This document shows, one piece after another, positions 1 to 10,761 of a DNA stretch of 62,917 nt. The DNA comes from Octopus bimaculoides. Lineage: Eukaryota. How positions within the stretch are numbered: position 1 is the first letter of the stretch; each line of letters opens with the position of its first letter. A program made the position numbers and the translations under genes. The notes beneath the pieces are model-generated. The model had not been told where the DNA came from. It saw only the letters and a program-made list of their open reading frames with translations, and made no database searches. The stretch is from positions 49,895,229 to 49,958,145 of the forward strand of contig NC_068989.1 of assembly GCF_001194135.2 (NCBI RefSeq), read 5' to 3'.

Positions 1-35
<35 letters not shown>

Positions 36-514
36 ATATATATATTGTTTATATCCTTATCTAATTGAACGCCACGCATCCATTTCCAAGTAAGTTTATC
101 TTAACCTTTTTAATGTGACTCTACTCTATACTCTTTTCTCCCCCATCATTCTCTTAATTCGTTTTTCTCCCCTTTACCAATTTCTATCTGTCTCTCTCTC
201 CCTCATTCTCTTTTTGTCTCTTTCGTTGCTCACGCGTGACTATCGTCCATCTTTCTTTGCCTTCACAGCTTCCTAAGGACTGGACTTCTATCTCTCTCTT
301 ATATCTTTTCTGTTTTCAAAAAAAATATCTCTCTCAGCGTTCGCTATTTTCCCACATCGTTCTGGTCTAATGACTCTCCATGTTTGTTTTCGTTTGGTTT
401 CCTTGTATGTCTCCATTGTCCTATTTTTGTTCCGAACTTTGCCCCTCCATAAATCCCAAATTTTATTTTGGTATTTATGGGAATAATTGCCTTCGAAGAC
501 TCATATTGTCGTTC

Positions 515-637
515 AATGCTCGTGAAGCTTTAGGTGTTTTCGCACAATAAACACTCACAACGCCCGGTCTGGGAATCGAAACCGCGATCCTATGACCGCG
601 AGCCGCTGCCCTAACCACTGGGCCATTGCGCCTCCAC
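515..637 (-). mobile_element. tRNA-derived SINE, 5' head fragment
   Basis: Reverse complement reads GTGGAGGCGCAATGGCCCAGTGGTTAGGGCAGCGG...GGTTTCGATTCCCAGACC, with Pol III A and B boxes. Confidence 0.75.
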
Positions 638-678
638 AACAGAAACAACGTATCGTTTAATACATATCCTTATAGCAA

Positions 679-890
679 GGGGGGAGAGCTGGCATAATCG
701 TTAGAGCGCCGAGGGAAAATGCTTAGCGGTATTTCGTTCTTTTTTACGTTCTGAGATCATATTCCACTGAGGTCGACTTTACTTTACATCATTTAGGGGT
801 CGATTAAGTAAGTGCCAGTTGAAATCTGGGGTCAATGTAATTGACTCACCCACTCTCCCGAAATTACTGACCTTGTGCCAAAATTTGAAT
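679..890 (+). mobile_element. tRNA-derived SINE, dominant family A
   Basis: GAGCTGGCATAATCGTTAG head, GAGGTCGACTTT...GGGGTCGAT core, CCTTGTGCCAAAATTTGAA tail. Homologous to about 20 copies in the window. Confidence 0.85.
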
Positions 891-967
891 GGTGCCAATA
901 TCTAAAGGAATAAAACAGAAGATAGTTGTATTATTGTCCACGTGAATCACCAACCGTGTCTGCATAT

Positions 968-1190
968 CATTTCTTTTCTACTCTAGGCACAAGGTCCGAC
1001 ATTTGGGGGGATAGTGGCGGGCAGTCGATTAGATCGACCCTAGTACGCAACTGGTACTTAATTCATCGATCACGAAACGATGAAAAGCAAAGTCGACCTC
1101 GGCGGAATTTGAACTCAGAACATAAAGACAAAAGAAATACCGCTAAGCATTTCGCCCGGCGTGCTACCGTTTCTGCCAGCTCGCAGCCTT
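968..1190 (-). mobile_element. SINE family A, full length
   Basis: Same head and core in reverse; tail reads CCTTGTGCCTAGAGTAGAAAAGAAAT. Confidence 0.9.
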
Positions 1191-1954
1191 GTGTCTGCAT
1201 TTCAATTGTAAAACGCATAGTTACACTAAGTGCTGCCAAATGAAGATAGAGTTTTGACTGTGTACATTAGAAAACTTTATCTAGAAAGCTAGGTATACAT
1301 ATATCAATGGTCTGTAAACAGAGAGCTCAGTCCTCACAGCATCAAGAGTTTTGCATACATACATACATAAATAAATGAATGATCTTGGGTAGAAAACGCA
1401 GCTCCTTAATTCATATGCTACAAACGATCACGATATCTGGGACTATAAAATCTGCATGACCTTGAGATTTAAAGGATGATGGTTAAAACAAGATACATTC
1501 CTTCACAACCTTGCTACCAAGTAGGTGGCCTGTCAAAGTTTTCTCACAATTAAAAAGAGAGAAAACACACACACATCTATGTAGAAGGCAGGAAATTTTT
1601 TGCAACACTCCCGGGAATCGAACGCTGTGTCTGCTGTAATCTATATAACAGTAATAACCTTACTTGATATGTGTGTGTGTACATACAGGCATACACACAC
1701 ACACACACACACACACAGATTGCTATAGTAAGGAGATGAAACGCTGGACTTAGCAGAAAAAATATATAAAAAGCAAAACCAATCTAACCAAGGAATGGGC
1801 CTCTATACGGTTGATCGACCAGCTAGAAATATCAACAAAATATCATTCAAATCAGACCCAAGCGTTTTAAAATGAAGGAACGACGCATTAAATCATATGG
1901 TTCTAAATACACTATGTCTGAAATGAAAAGACAGAACGGTTACAGTTGGGTGAT

Positions 1955-1998
1955 AATGACGGTAATGCCGATGACGATGATGGCGATGATAATAATGA

Positions 1999-2029
<31 letters not shown>

Positions 2030-2190
2030 AGCGGCGGTGGCGATGAATAATGAAGGTGATGATTATGAAAAGAGACGACGACGCCGACAACGACGACGGT
2101 AATGATGGTGATCATAATGGCGATGGAGACGGTGCATAATATGATGGTGGTGTTGATGGTGCTGCTGCTGCTGATGATGATGATGACGAT
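1955..2190. repeat. (GAT)n/(GAC)n/(GGT)n compound microsatellite
   Basis: Visible trinucleotide runs; explains the poly-M, poly-H and poly-S ORFs. Confidence 0.9.
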
Positions 2191-2644
2191 GTATTTATAG
2201 TAAGTAGCTCCTGCTTAGTCATCCGATAAATGTGTTTGATCAGCTGTGTAAGATTGGAGTAAAGAATTATTTTAGATTAAAACAAAAATAAAAATAAGAA
2301 CGCAATCAAAATCAAAACAAATAGTTTTCTAAATCGTTATTATACAGAAAATTTTTAAAAAATTTTTTTTTTTGAAATTTTATTTCGGAATCTGAAGCGG
2401 ACCGAAAAATGTTAATTATAATTCACAGAGTTTTACCATATTTACGGACAATGAGTATTTACAGTCCGTCTTTTCCAATAAACATTGCCAATACGGTAGT
2501 CGGTGCAGAAATAACAAAGCTTCGGACAAAATACTTGCGAATGTTTAGTCTCTGTCCTCTCTCCTGGTTACTAGGATACGCTCGAAAAGTTTAAATTCTA
2601 TTTCCTCCGATAAAAGTAGCTCTCAGTCGCTAACAACCCCAAGG

Positions 2645-2943
2645 GATCCAGTTGATCTGATCAACGGAACAGCCTGCTCCTGAAAATAAAATGCAAATGG
2701 CTGAGTACTGCACAGACACGCATACACTTAACGTAATTCTGAGGGAGATTCAATGTGAGGTAGAAAGTGACAAGGCCGGCCCTTTAAAATCCAAGTACTA
2801 CTTATTATTGCCAGCTGAGTGAACAAGAGCAACGTGAAATAAAGTGTCTTGCTCAAGGACACAATGCACCAACAGGAATCGAACTCACAACCTTACTTAC
2901 GATCGTGATCCGAATACCCGAACCACTAAACCACGTGCCTTCG
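2645..2943 (-). mobile_element. tRNA-derived SINE, family B
   Basis: Reverse reads GAAGGCACGTGGTTTAGTGGTTCGGG...GAGTTCGATTCC...GTGTCCTTGAGCAAGACACTTTATTTCACGTTGCTC. Confidence 0.75.
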
Positions 2944-3295
2944 CATCTCCTCCGATACCACCGTGAGTGCTATATCCCTTGAATGATGTAGTAAATATTC
3001 CATCAAAATTGCCCAGATGGTGTTGGCATCAGCTTTAAAATTCACTCAAATCAAGAATATTTATATATATTGTCCCCCGCGTTCCGACATCAACCAAGGC
3101 GCTTTTTGCGCCTTCGCGCGTCTGACAGCCCATAGTTAGAACTCTAACAGGTGCTACAAATCCGGTGGTTCCAGATTCCTCAAAACCCTGAATCTACTAA
3201 ACCAAAGTCCGCCTACTACATCCAGTTTACAGTCACACATACATACAAGAAACCAGGTCCTGCCTTACAGGACACATTTAAATGATTTAAAACAA

Positions 3296-3327
<32 letters not shown>

Positions 3328-3343
3328 ACNNNNNNNNNNNNNG

Positions 3344-3377
<34 letters not shown>

Positions 3378-3378
<1 letters not shown>

Positions 3379-3968
3379 TAAAACCCGCAAGATTCTAATA
3401 TCAACTGGAAATCCCTACAGAAATAGTGATATCGACAGAATCTACCTAAGAAGAAATAAAGGAGGTAGGGGCTTTAGATTAGTGCAGACAGCCTTCAATG
3501 TCGCACAGTCTCTCTCAGACAGCACTTATTAAAAAAACAAAATAATACATTGACTTAGTGCTGAAAGTGAAGAGAACAACATGCTCTGTGTCATTAGCGA
3601 GCTCCTCAAGAAGTACTCTCTTCCAGATGACTTCCCATTCAACTCCAAAATAGCCTGACAACCATACCTTAAGAAAACCTAGAGGTGAGGTGAAACACTC
3701 AGCCTACCAAAGAAAGATTGTGCATGGGCATGTTTCCTGAAGACTTGAAGAAGGCAGTAATATCGATATGAAGCGAAACCTCTCTTGGACTCGTGATCAG
3801 TATATCGTATCACACTTCGAAAGCTATGTATTTGCAAACCAAAGACTGGAGATTGCTACGAAATACCTAATCAACAAAAGGGGCAGTGAAGCTCAAGGAG
3901 ATTCACGGTGCAACCGAAACTGTAGAAAATGTAATATTTCTGTGGAAGACATCATACATGTGATTAGC
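3378..3968 (+). pseudogene. R4/Dong-clade non-LTR retrotransposon fragment (post-RT region into start of zinc knuckle), degraded
   Basis: Translates as KTRKILISTGNPYRNSDIDRIYLRRNKGGRG, then SHFESYVFANQRLEIATKYL...CRKCNISVEDIIHVIS. The first block matches the DRLY..GGRGL motif also seen at about 60.7 kb. Confidence 0.8.
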
Positions 3969-4224
3969 ATTATTTACATTATTTACATTTGACGGATATT
4001 TGTCCTCATCTTGTTTGTTGTTAACACAACGTTTCGGCTGATATACCCTCCAGCCTTCGTCAGGTGTCTTGGGGAAATTTCGAACCTGGGTTCTCATTCC
4101 TAACGATGTTACTATTATTATATTATTATTATTATTACTATTAATAATCAGGTCGCTGCCGTGAATCGAACTCGGAATCTTGGGGTTAGTAGCCCGCGCT
4201 CTTAACCACTACGCCATATGCCCA
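3969..4224 (-). mobile_element. tRNA-headed SINE-like element with internal (AAT)n and hammerhead ribozyme (HHR-SINE copy 1)
   Basis: Head GGGCATATGGCGTAGTGGTTAAGAGCGCGGGCTACTAACCCCAAGATTCCGAGTTCGATTC (A and B boxes), then an AAT tract, then a body shared with the copies at 51.8, 52.1 and 61.1 kb. Confidence 0.85.
4023..4068 (-). ncRNA. Minimal type I hammerhead ribozyme motif, core intact
   Basis: GACAC-CTGACGA-A-GGCTG-gagggtatat-CAGCC-GAAAC-GTT-GTGTT. Helix I GACAC/GTGTT, CUGANGA, helix II GGCTG/CAGCC, GAAA, palindromic AACGTT helix III, GUU cleavage triplet. Confidence 0.75.
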
Positions 4225-5369
4225 TTTAAGCGTTGCTTTTTTAAGCCGCTGTCCATGTTGGTGTTGTAAGGGCTATCACTATTAATGTTGGTATTACTTC
4301 TACCATTGTACATTTTGGTGCTGCCTGTTCTGTCACTGTCCAAGTTAAATTTTGCTTGTGCCACCACTGTCTATTTTGGTATTTCTGATCTAGTATCTAT
4401 GTTGTTGTTACTTGTTTTACCACTGATCATGTAAGTGTTCGTTCTACTTCTACTTCTGCTTCCACTATTCATGTCTGTTTCACTTCTCTTACTACTTCAA
4501 CGTTGCGTGTGTTACCATTGTCCACGCTGCTGTTGATGTTTGTGTTACCATTATTCATGTTAGTGTTCTTTTCTATTATTTTCGTATCGACGGAAGAACA
4601 TATTTTATATTTAGGCAATCTACAAGTTCATATCCTCCACACTCCTCTCTTCCCCACCTCTCCGTCTCTGTCCGTCTGTCTCGCTTGCTATCTTCCATTT
4701 TAACAATTTTCAAACAATGAACGAAAAGGTATATTTTATTAATTCTAAATATTGTATTGATCTTCATATGTTCTATAATGTTCTACAATCTATTTTCTGA
4801 AATATCTCGCGTCATAATAACCATTCGTATAAATAACAAACAAATATTCTGTTGTTCCATGCGACAAAGTTGCGATATAGCATAAGATTACACGCTTTCA
4901 ATTTGGTTACTGTGTCCTGATTACAATAAACTTCATTAGGCAATATATTGTTCTGTTGGCACCAATCAATTGAAATTTATTCATTGTACATTCTAACCAG
5001 AAATAGATTGTCATGTATTCATCATAATAAGATATCAACCATCTGCTATAAAATATATATATTAATTAGTCTTATATCAACTTCATGTATATAGTAACAC
5101 GTATGAAAATAATATTATCCTATACAAATTATTAATAATGAGAAAGAAGGCGCTAAAGTCTTGGAGTAGCTATTTTTTGCCGGTGTTCTTTACTCATTGT
5201 TGATTTGAGTGATTAGACATCAGCAATGCCTTAGGAAAACTGCCACAAGGCACCCTCGCCGATTTACACTGCTACGCTCAAACACATACACGCACACATG
5301 CATAAATACATACATAGATACATGTATATGACATATGTAAATATATATATACATGCATACATACCTGGA

Positions 5370-5665
5370 CATAGGCGTGGATGAGTGGCTAAACAGTTCG
5401 TTGAACAACCATAAAATAACTGGTTCGATTTCCCTGGATGAAATGTTGTGTAATTGTCTTTGATATACCCTTTCGGTCATCCCACGTTTTGTGAGTAAAA
5501 CTGCGTAAATGGAAACTGTGTAGAAGCCCATTCGAATGATTGTACTTGTAATACAAAGGTACGGATTTGTCACGCTGTGTCACACTGATTTAACCGGAGA
5601 ATTATATTAGAAGTACACACGTCCGTGGAATACTCAGCCACATAGCATGCTAAATCAACGAACAC
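5370..5665 (+). mobile_element. Degraded tRNA-SINE (family C-like head)
   Basis: ACATAGGCGTGGATGAGTGG...GGTTCGATTTCC head, and TTTGTGAGT...GGAAACTGTGTAGAAGCCC similar to 38.6 kb. Confidence 0.55.
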
Positions 5666-5798
5666 TCATTGAACACTCATACGTCGAAATGCACACACGA
5701 ACACATACGCAATACACACATATGCACATGCACTCGCATATACATATACATACATACACATATGTATATACATACACATATATTTAAAATTGACATAG

Positions 5799-6213
5799 AG
5801 AGCTGTATGCAATGTGTTACCAAAAATGAAAACTATAATTGTTATTAAATATGACTAAGGTGTTAGAATACATTGCTAGAACTAAGAGCTCACATCGCTA
5901 GAACTAAGAGCTAACACGGCTGTCTATATTAATATCTTGTATACACATTAGCGATTCGCTAAATCATCTGTAGAATTTTATGGTGAATACATATGTACTG
6001 ACAGAGAATTACATCCGGAATCAGCCGAATCGAGCGGACCCTACTGATGAGGCTACGGAATAAGGCTACGGAATTAGCCGAAATAGACCGATCAGTATAG
6101 GGAATTCAGAATGTCAGTACAAGTGTATACAATTACGTGTTTTAATTACAACATTAGAGCAATTTAGCTCTTAGTTCTTGCAATGTAGTTGTTCTAACAC
6201 CCTAGTCATATTT
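5799..6213 (+). mobile_element. Penelope-like (pseudo-LTR type) non-autonomous element: inverted repeats enclosing a hammerhead
   Basis: Inverted blocks 5847-5890/6164-6213, 5937-5946/6123-6132 and 5994-6003/6112-6121 flank a hammerhead motif. The Penelope assignment is inference. Confidence 0.6.
6039..6102 (+). ncRNA. Type I hammerhead ribozyme motif (second family)
   Basis: CCCTA-CTGATGA-GGCTA...TAGCC-GAAA-TAGA-CCGA-TCAG-TA-TAGGG. Helix I CCCTA/TAGGG, helix II GGCTA/TAGCC, helix III with one wobble and one mismatch, GUA cleavage triplet ending at 6097. Confidence 0.75.
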
Positions 6214-6215
6214 AG

Positions 6216-6216
<1 letters not shown>

Positions 6217-6290
<74 letters not shown>
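6217..6290. repeat. (CA)n microsatellite
   Basis: Direct observation. Confidence 0.95.
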
Positions 6291-6294
<4 letters not shown>

Positions 6295-6340
6295 AACACA
6301 CACGCACAGACACATGCACATACACACATACGCATATATA

Positions 6341-6945
6341 CAGGGCATCCACAAAAATATGTGCACGTTTTAATAGCTGATAACTAATTTAATTTTAATT
6401 TCTCATTAGAATATATAGAAATATAAAAGGTGTCAGAGTAAGCTTTGAACCAAGAAAATGTACTCTAAAGTACGACTGAAAATCTAAGAATGTTGTTGAT
6501 TGTAAAGACAGTTTAGAAGGGATTTTTAAGCAGACTTACGCAACTTAACTCGAATCAGAAATAAGTATGAAGCAAATGAAATACTTCAGAATGTCCACAA
6601 GAAAGGTTCCAGAAGACTGTAGGTATTGAATACCCCCTAAAAGGAAGAAAAGAGTACAAGAAACGTATTGTCAGAGTTCAAGAAAATCTGTGCGGCAAGC
6701 TTGCGTGAAATTGGAATTTTAAACTCAAGCGTTCATTGCATTCTGAAACGCAGTTATTGGAAATGTTACTTATCAAGAATAGTCCATGCTCTCAATGAAG
6801 ATGATTCGAACTGAACAGTAAAGTTTAGTGAATGGAATTTGAGTATTTGGCAAGACATGTAGAAGATACATACTTTCCAGCAAAAACTGTTTGAAATAAT
6901 GAGGATGCGAGATGTGAATCTGAGAAATCGAATATTGCGGAGAAA
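6341..6945 (+). mobile_element. Tc1/mariner-superfamily transposon 5' fragment (DUF4817-type N-terminus), degraded
   Basis: Begins TA|CAGGGCATCC. Broken translation RIRNKYEANEILQNVHKK...REIGILNSSVHCILKRSYWKCYLSRIVHALNEDD is typical of HTH plus linker in these transposases. Confidence 0.7.
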
Positions 6946-7061
6946 CATTATACTAATAATTTATCAGGTTACAGTATAGTGTAGCTTATCATCCACAAGA
7001 TTAATTGGACAATTCCTTTTTGATGGTACTATGAATAGCTCCTTTTACTTGAATATACTGC

Positions 7062-7109
<48 letters not shown>

Positions 7110-7435
7110 NNNNNNNNNNNNNNNNNNNNNNNNNNNNNNNNNNNNNNNNNNNNNNNNNNNNNNNNNNNNNNNNNNNNNNNNNNNNNNNNNNNNNNNNNNN
7201 NNNNNNNNNNNNNNNNNNNNNNNNNNNNNNNNNNNNNNNNNNNNNNNNNNNNNNNNNNNNNNNNNNNNNNNNNNNNNNNNNNNNNNNNNNNNNNNNNNNN
7301 NNNNNNNNNNNNNNNNNNNNNNNNNNNNNNNNNNNNNNNNNNNNNNNNNNNNNNNNNNNNNNNNNNNNNNNNNNNNNNNNNNNNNNNNNNNNNNNNNNNN
7401 NNNNNNNNNNNNNNNNNNNNNNNNNNNNNNNNNNN

Positions 7436-7488
<53 letters not shown>

Positions 7489-7544
7489 GTATATATGTAT
7501 GTATGTGTGTGTGTGTAAAAAAGAAGCGTATTAATATTATTGAT

Positions 7545-7664
7545 AATTACAAGATGAACGGCAAAGTCAACCTCGGCAGTATTTGAACTCAGAACGTAAA
7601 GATTGAAACAATTGCGCTGAGCATTTTACCCAGCGTGATAATAATTCTGCCTGCACGCTGCCTT
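7545..7664 (-). mobile_element. SINE family A, 5' half
   Basis: GGCAAAGTCAACCTCGGC...TTTGAACTCAGAACGT...TTCTGCC; the head abuts (TAA)n. Confidence 0.75.
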
Positions 7665-7675
7665 AATAATAATAA

Positions 7676-8424
7676 TATATAATGGATTGAGGTAACTCCT
7701 CCCGAAGATATAGAGTCAAAATTAAAAGAAGAAGAGTGCCATTATTATCTAGTGAATGATATTTCGACATCTTGTGTGTCTTCAACTGGTTCAAAAAATA
7801 AATTTGTCAATCTACTTCATTTTGGTTAATATATAAAGGATTGAGGTAACTTCCTGAAGATATAGAGTCAAAATTAAAAGAAGCGTACCAGTGTTATCTA
7901 GTGAACGATATTTTGACAAATAACGGAATATAGAAATATCTTTAATCAAATTATCAAAAGACTGAGATCAGTTAAAGGTCTGAACTATTGAAAGCAATTC
8001 TTGGTACTCAGTTTGGAATTCCCAAGAACGCAAAAGGAGAGAACCTATGTTTACTACTTCTGGGGGATCTTTAAGATAACATGTCAAATTTTGAAAAACA
8101 AAGAGATTAATCAAAGAATTAGAAAATACTCCAGATTTCAAATATCTCATCTGCTGACAAACCATGAAAAAAAAACTGTATTGCAGCGATCATATAATGG
8201 AGTTTCTAAATAGTCGCTTAATTTACAATAAACAGTAACCAAGTTTGTCTCAAACCATGCACAAAGAGTATATTATTAAAACCAAACCATCCTTCAGGAG
8301 GAGTTACCTCAATCCTTTATTTATTAACCAAAATGAAGTAGATTGACAAATTTATTTTTTGAACCAGTTGAAGACACACAAGATGTCGAAATATCGTTCA
8401 CTAGATAACAATGGCACTCTTCTT

Positions 8425-8429
<5 letters not shown>
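7676..8429. repeat. About 155-bp unit in tandem (7676-7830, partial 7831-7918) with an inverted copy at 8292-8429
   Basis: GGATTGAGGTAACT...AATTAAAAGAAG...CTTCATTTTGGTTAAT is present in direct and reverse-complement form. Confidence 0.85.
7926..8270 (+). pseudogene. RTE-like LINE RT C-terminal relic
   Basis: YYFWGIFKITCQILKNKEINQRIRK resembles the RTE F-x-YLG...EIN-x-RI-x-K motif. A paralog lies at 10345-10640. Confidence 0.45.
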
Positions 8430-8486
<57 letters not shown>

Positions 8487-8515
8487 AATAATGATAATAA
8501 TAATAATAATAATAA
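8428..8515. repeat. (AAT)n microsatellite
   Basis: Direct observation. Confidence 0.95.
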
Positions 8516-8681
8516 TGGATTCAAATTTTACCAAAGAGGCTACCATTTCGGGGAGGGGATGAGTCGATTACATCGATCCCAATATTTCACTGGTATTTAA
8601 TTTATCGACTTCGAAAGGATGAAAGGCAAAGTTGACTTCAGCAGAATTCGAACTCAGAACGTGGCGACAAACGAAATACCC
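8516..8681 (-). mobile_element. SINE family A, 5'-truncated, inside (AAT)n
   Basis: Core GAAAGGATGAAAGGCAAAGTTGAC...GAACTCAGAACGT with AAT tracts on both sides. Confidence 0.8.
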
Positions 8682-8715
<34 letters not shown>

Positions 8716-9653
8716 GCAAAGTAGAAGTAAATAAATGATAAAGAGAATCGATGTTTTTCTTGTTTTCTTGTTTCTGATATCCAAACTGTACGACAAACGA
8801 ATTTCCATTACGGCAACATTGAGACCCTAATTGAGAGTTAGCTTGATAGAACCTATAGTTATGTTCTTGCCATTATAACTGGTTACTGCTTTGGAAATCC
8901 AGCAATCATTCGTTTCACACAAAATGCTTAAACTCTGATTGTATACCATGCAAGATGAATAAGATATATAACAATTATAGATGTCCAAGTAATTAGTAGG
9001 TTTTTACATTTTCTAACTAAAGTCACTTAGCTTCGATCGATTGCCAAACTAACTATAGATCAACTCTATGAATGTAAGAAATGCAAGAATAGTTAGTTGT
9101 AAGGACAGATGAACTAGTTGAAAACGAAATTAGAAATTAAATAGCAAACCTGACATGAATATGAACGAAAAGATGTGGTTACAGTGTATGGTGGTGGTGA
9201 CGATGATGGTAAATGTGGTTGTTGAAGTGACCGCAATGATAACTATTGGTAGGATCAACTTCCGTCAATTTGTAACGTAGCACATTCAACACTCCGTCCG
9301 ACCGCATACAAGTTTGTTCATCTTGCTAGAAATAGCAGTTAAATCCTTCAACAAACTGAGACTACCGTTTTTATTTTAAATAACGAAAAGCATATTGGAT
9401 AATATAGGCTGTATTCCAAGAAGGAACTCATTTCAAAACTGTATGAATTTCCGACTTATCGATCTCTAAACAAAAATAGCAAAAAGCTATTTATAAATAC
9501 TTTATAAAGCGCAAAATGAGTTAGAATAAAGAAATAGATGTGTCAGCTTTCTAACAAACAATGATTGTCAAAATATAATAATGGCACAAAATGAGCAGCT
9601 GTCAAAACTTGCTATATACTTTACTACAAATTTCATACTTGACGACATAATAG

Positions 9654-9863
9654 TTTCAAATTTTGGCACAAGGCCAGCAATTTTAGGGGAGGAGCAATGC
9701 GTTTACATCGACCCCGGGGGTCAAATGGTATTTATTTTATTGACCCCAAAAGGATAAAAGGCAACGTTGACCTCAGCGGAATTTGAACTCAAAACCTAAA
9801 GATGGACAAAATGCCAGCAAGCATTTTGGCCGGCGTACTAACGATTCTGCCAGCTCACCGTCT
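9654..9863 (-). mobile_element. SINE family A
   Basis: Full head, core and tail (TTTGGCACAAGG ... TTCTGCCAGCTCACCG). Confidence 0.85.
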
Positions 9864-10149
9864 TTTTGAGTTAGATATATTTAACTGAGTTATATATATT
9901 AAACAGCCAGAGGAAGTCTCGGTAAACGCTAATGTCATATGGTTGTTGTTGTTTTTGATGGTGGCAAACATGGTGGCGGCGCCATTGTTGCTGTAGTTAT
10001 TGGTGGTGGTGCTGGTAGTGTTGTTAGTGTTAGTGGTTAGCCCTGATCGGTTCTGAGCCAAGAACTTCTAGGATCTAAGCCATTCCAACTTAATCGCACC
10101 GTTTTTAATTTTAGACATAATATCTCTAGGTCTACATATCCAACGTTTA

Positions 10150-10640
10150 CTCCTTTTCTAAGGCAGTAAAATGTAAATGGGAAACTAGACTGATATTCCA
10201 AGCATCTCCGACAATTCTGTAAACAATCTTTTCCGTTATTTTGACTATCAAAACGTTATCATTGTTGTCAAGTCTGAACTCAGATCTATCTTTGTCAGCG
10301 ATTACAACAGCCGATGCATCCTTTAACATTCTATAACAATTGAGTGTGCATGGTTTGAGGCAAATTTGGCTACTGTTTGTTGTAAATTAAGCGACTATTT
10401 AGAAATTCCATTATATGATCGCTATTTGAAATCTGGAGTATTTTCAAATTCTTTGATTAATCTCTGGGGTTTTCAGAATTTGACATGTTATCTTAAAGAT
10501 CCCCCAGAAGTAGGTGAACATCGGCTTTCTCGTTTTGAGTTCTTGGAAATTCCAAACTGAGTGCCTAGAGTTGTTTTCAATAGTTCAGACCTTTAACTGA
10601 TCTCAGTCTTCCGATACTTTGATTAAAGATATTCCTATAT
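10150..10640 (-). pseudogene. RTE-like LINE relic, paralog of 7926-8270
   Basis: Reverse translation FTYFWGIFKITCQILKTPEINQRI; high nucleotide similarity to 7926-8270. Confidence 0.45.
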
Positions 10641-10645
10641 TGCGA

Positions 10646-10679
<34 letters not shown>

Positions 10680-10704
10680 TGTGTGTGTGTNNNNNNNNNN
10701 NNNN

Positions 10705-10761
<57 letters not shown>

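Noticed and set aside
926-1243. 105-aa ORF and similar ORFs at 24897-25349 and 28871-29335
   Set aside because: They are antisense SINE family A sequence; the recurring QSRPR peptide reflects the repeat.
4150-4224. tRNA gene-like sequence (also 52015-52165)
   Set aside because: It is a SINE head: no proper acceptor stem, and it is always followed by (AAT)n and the element body.
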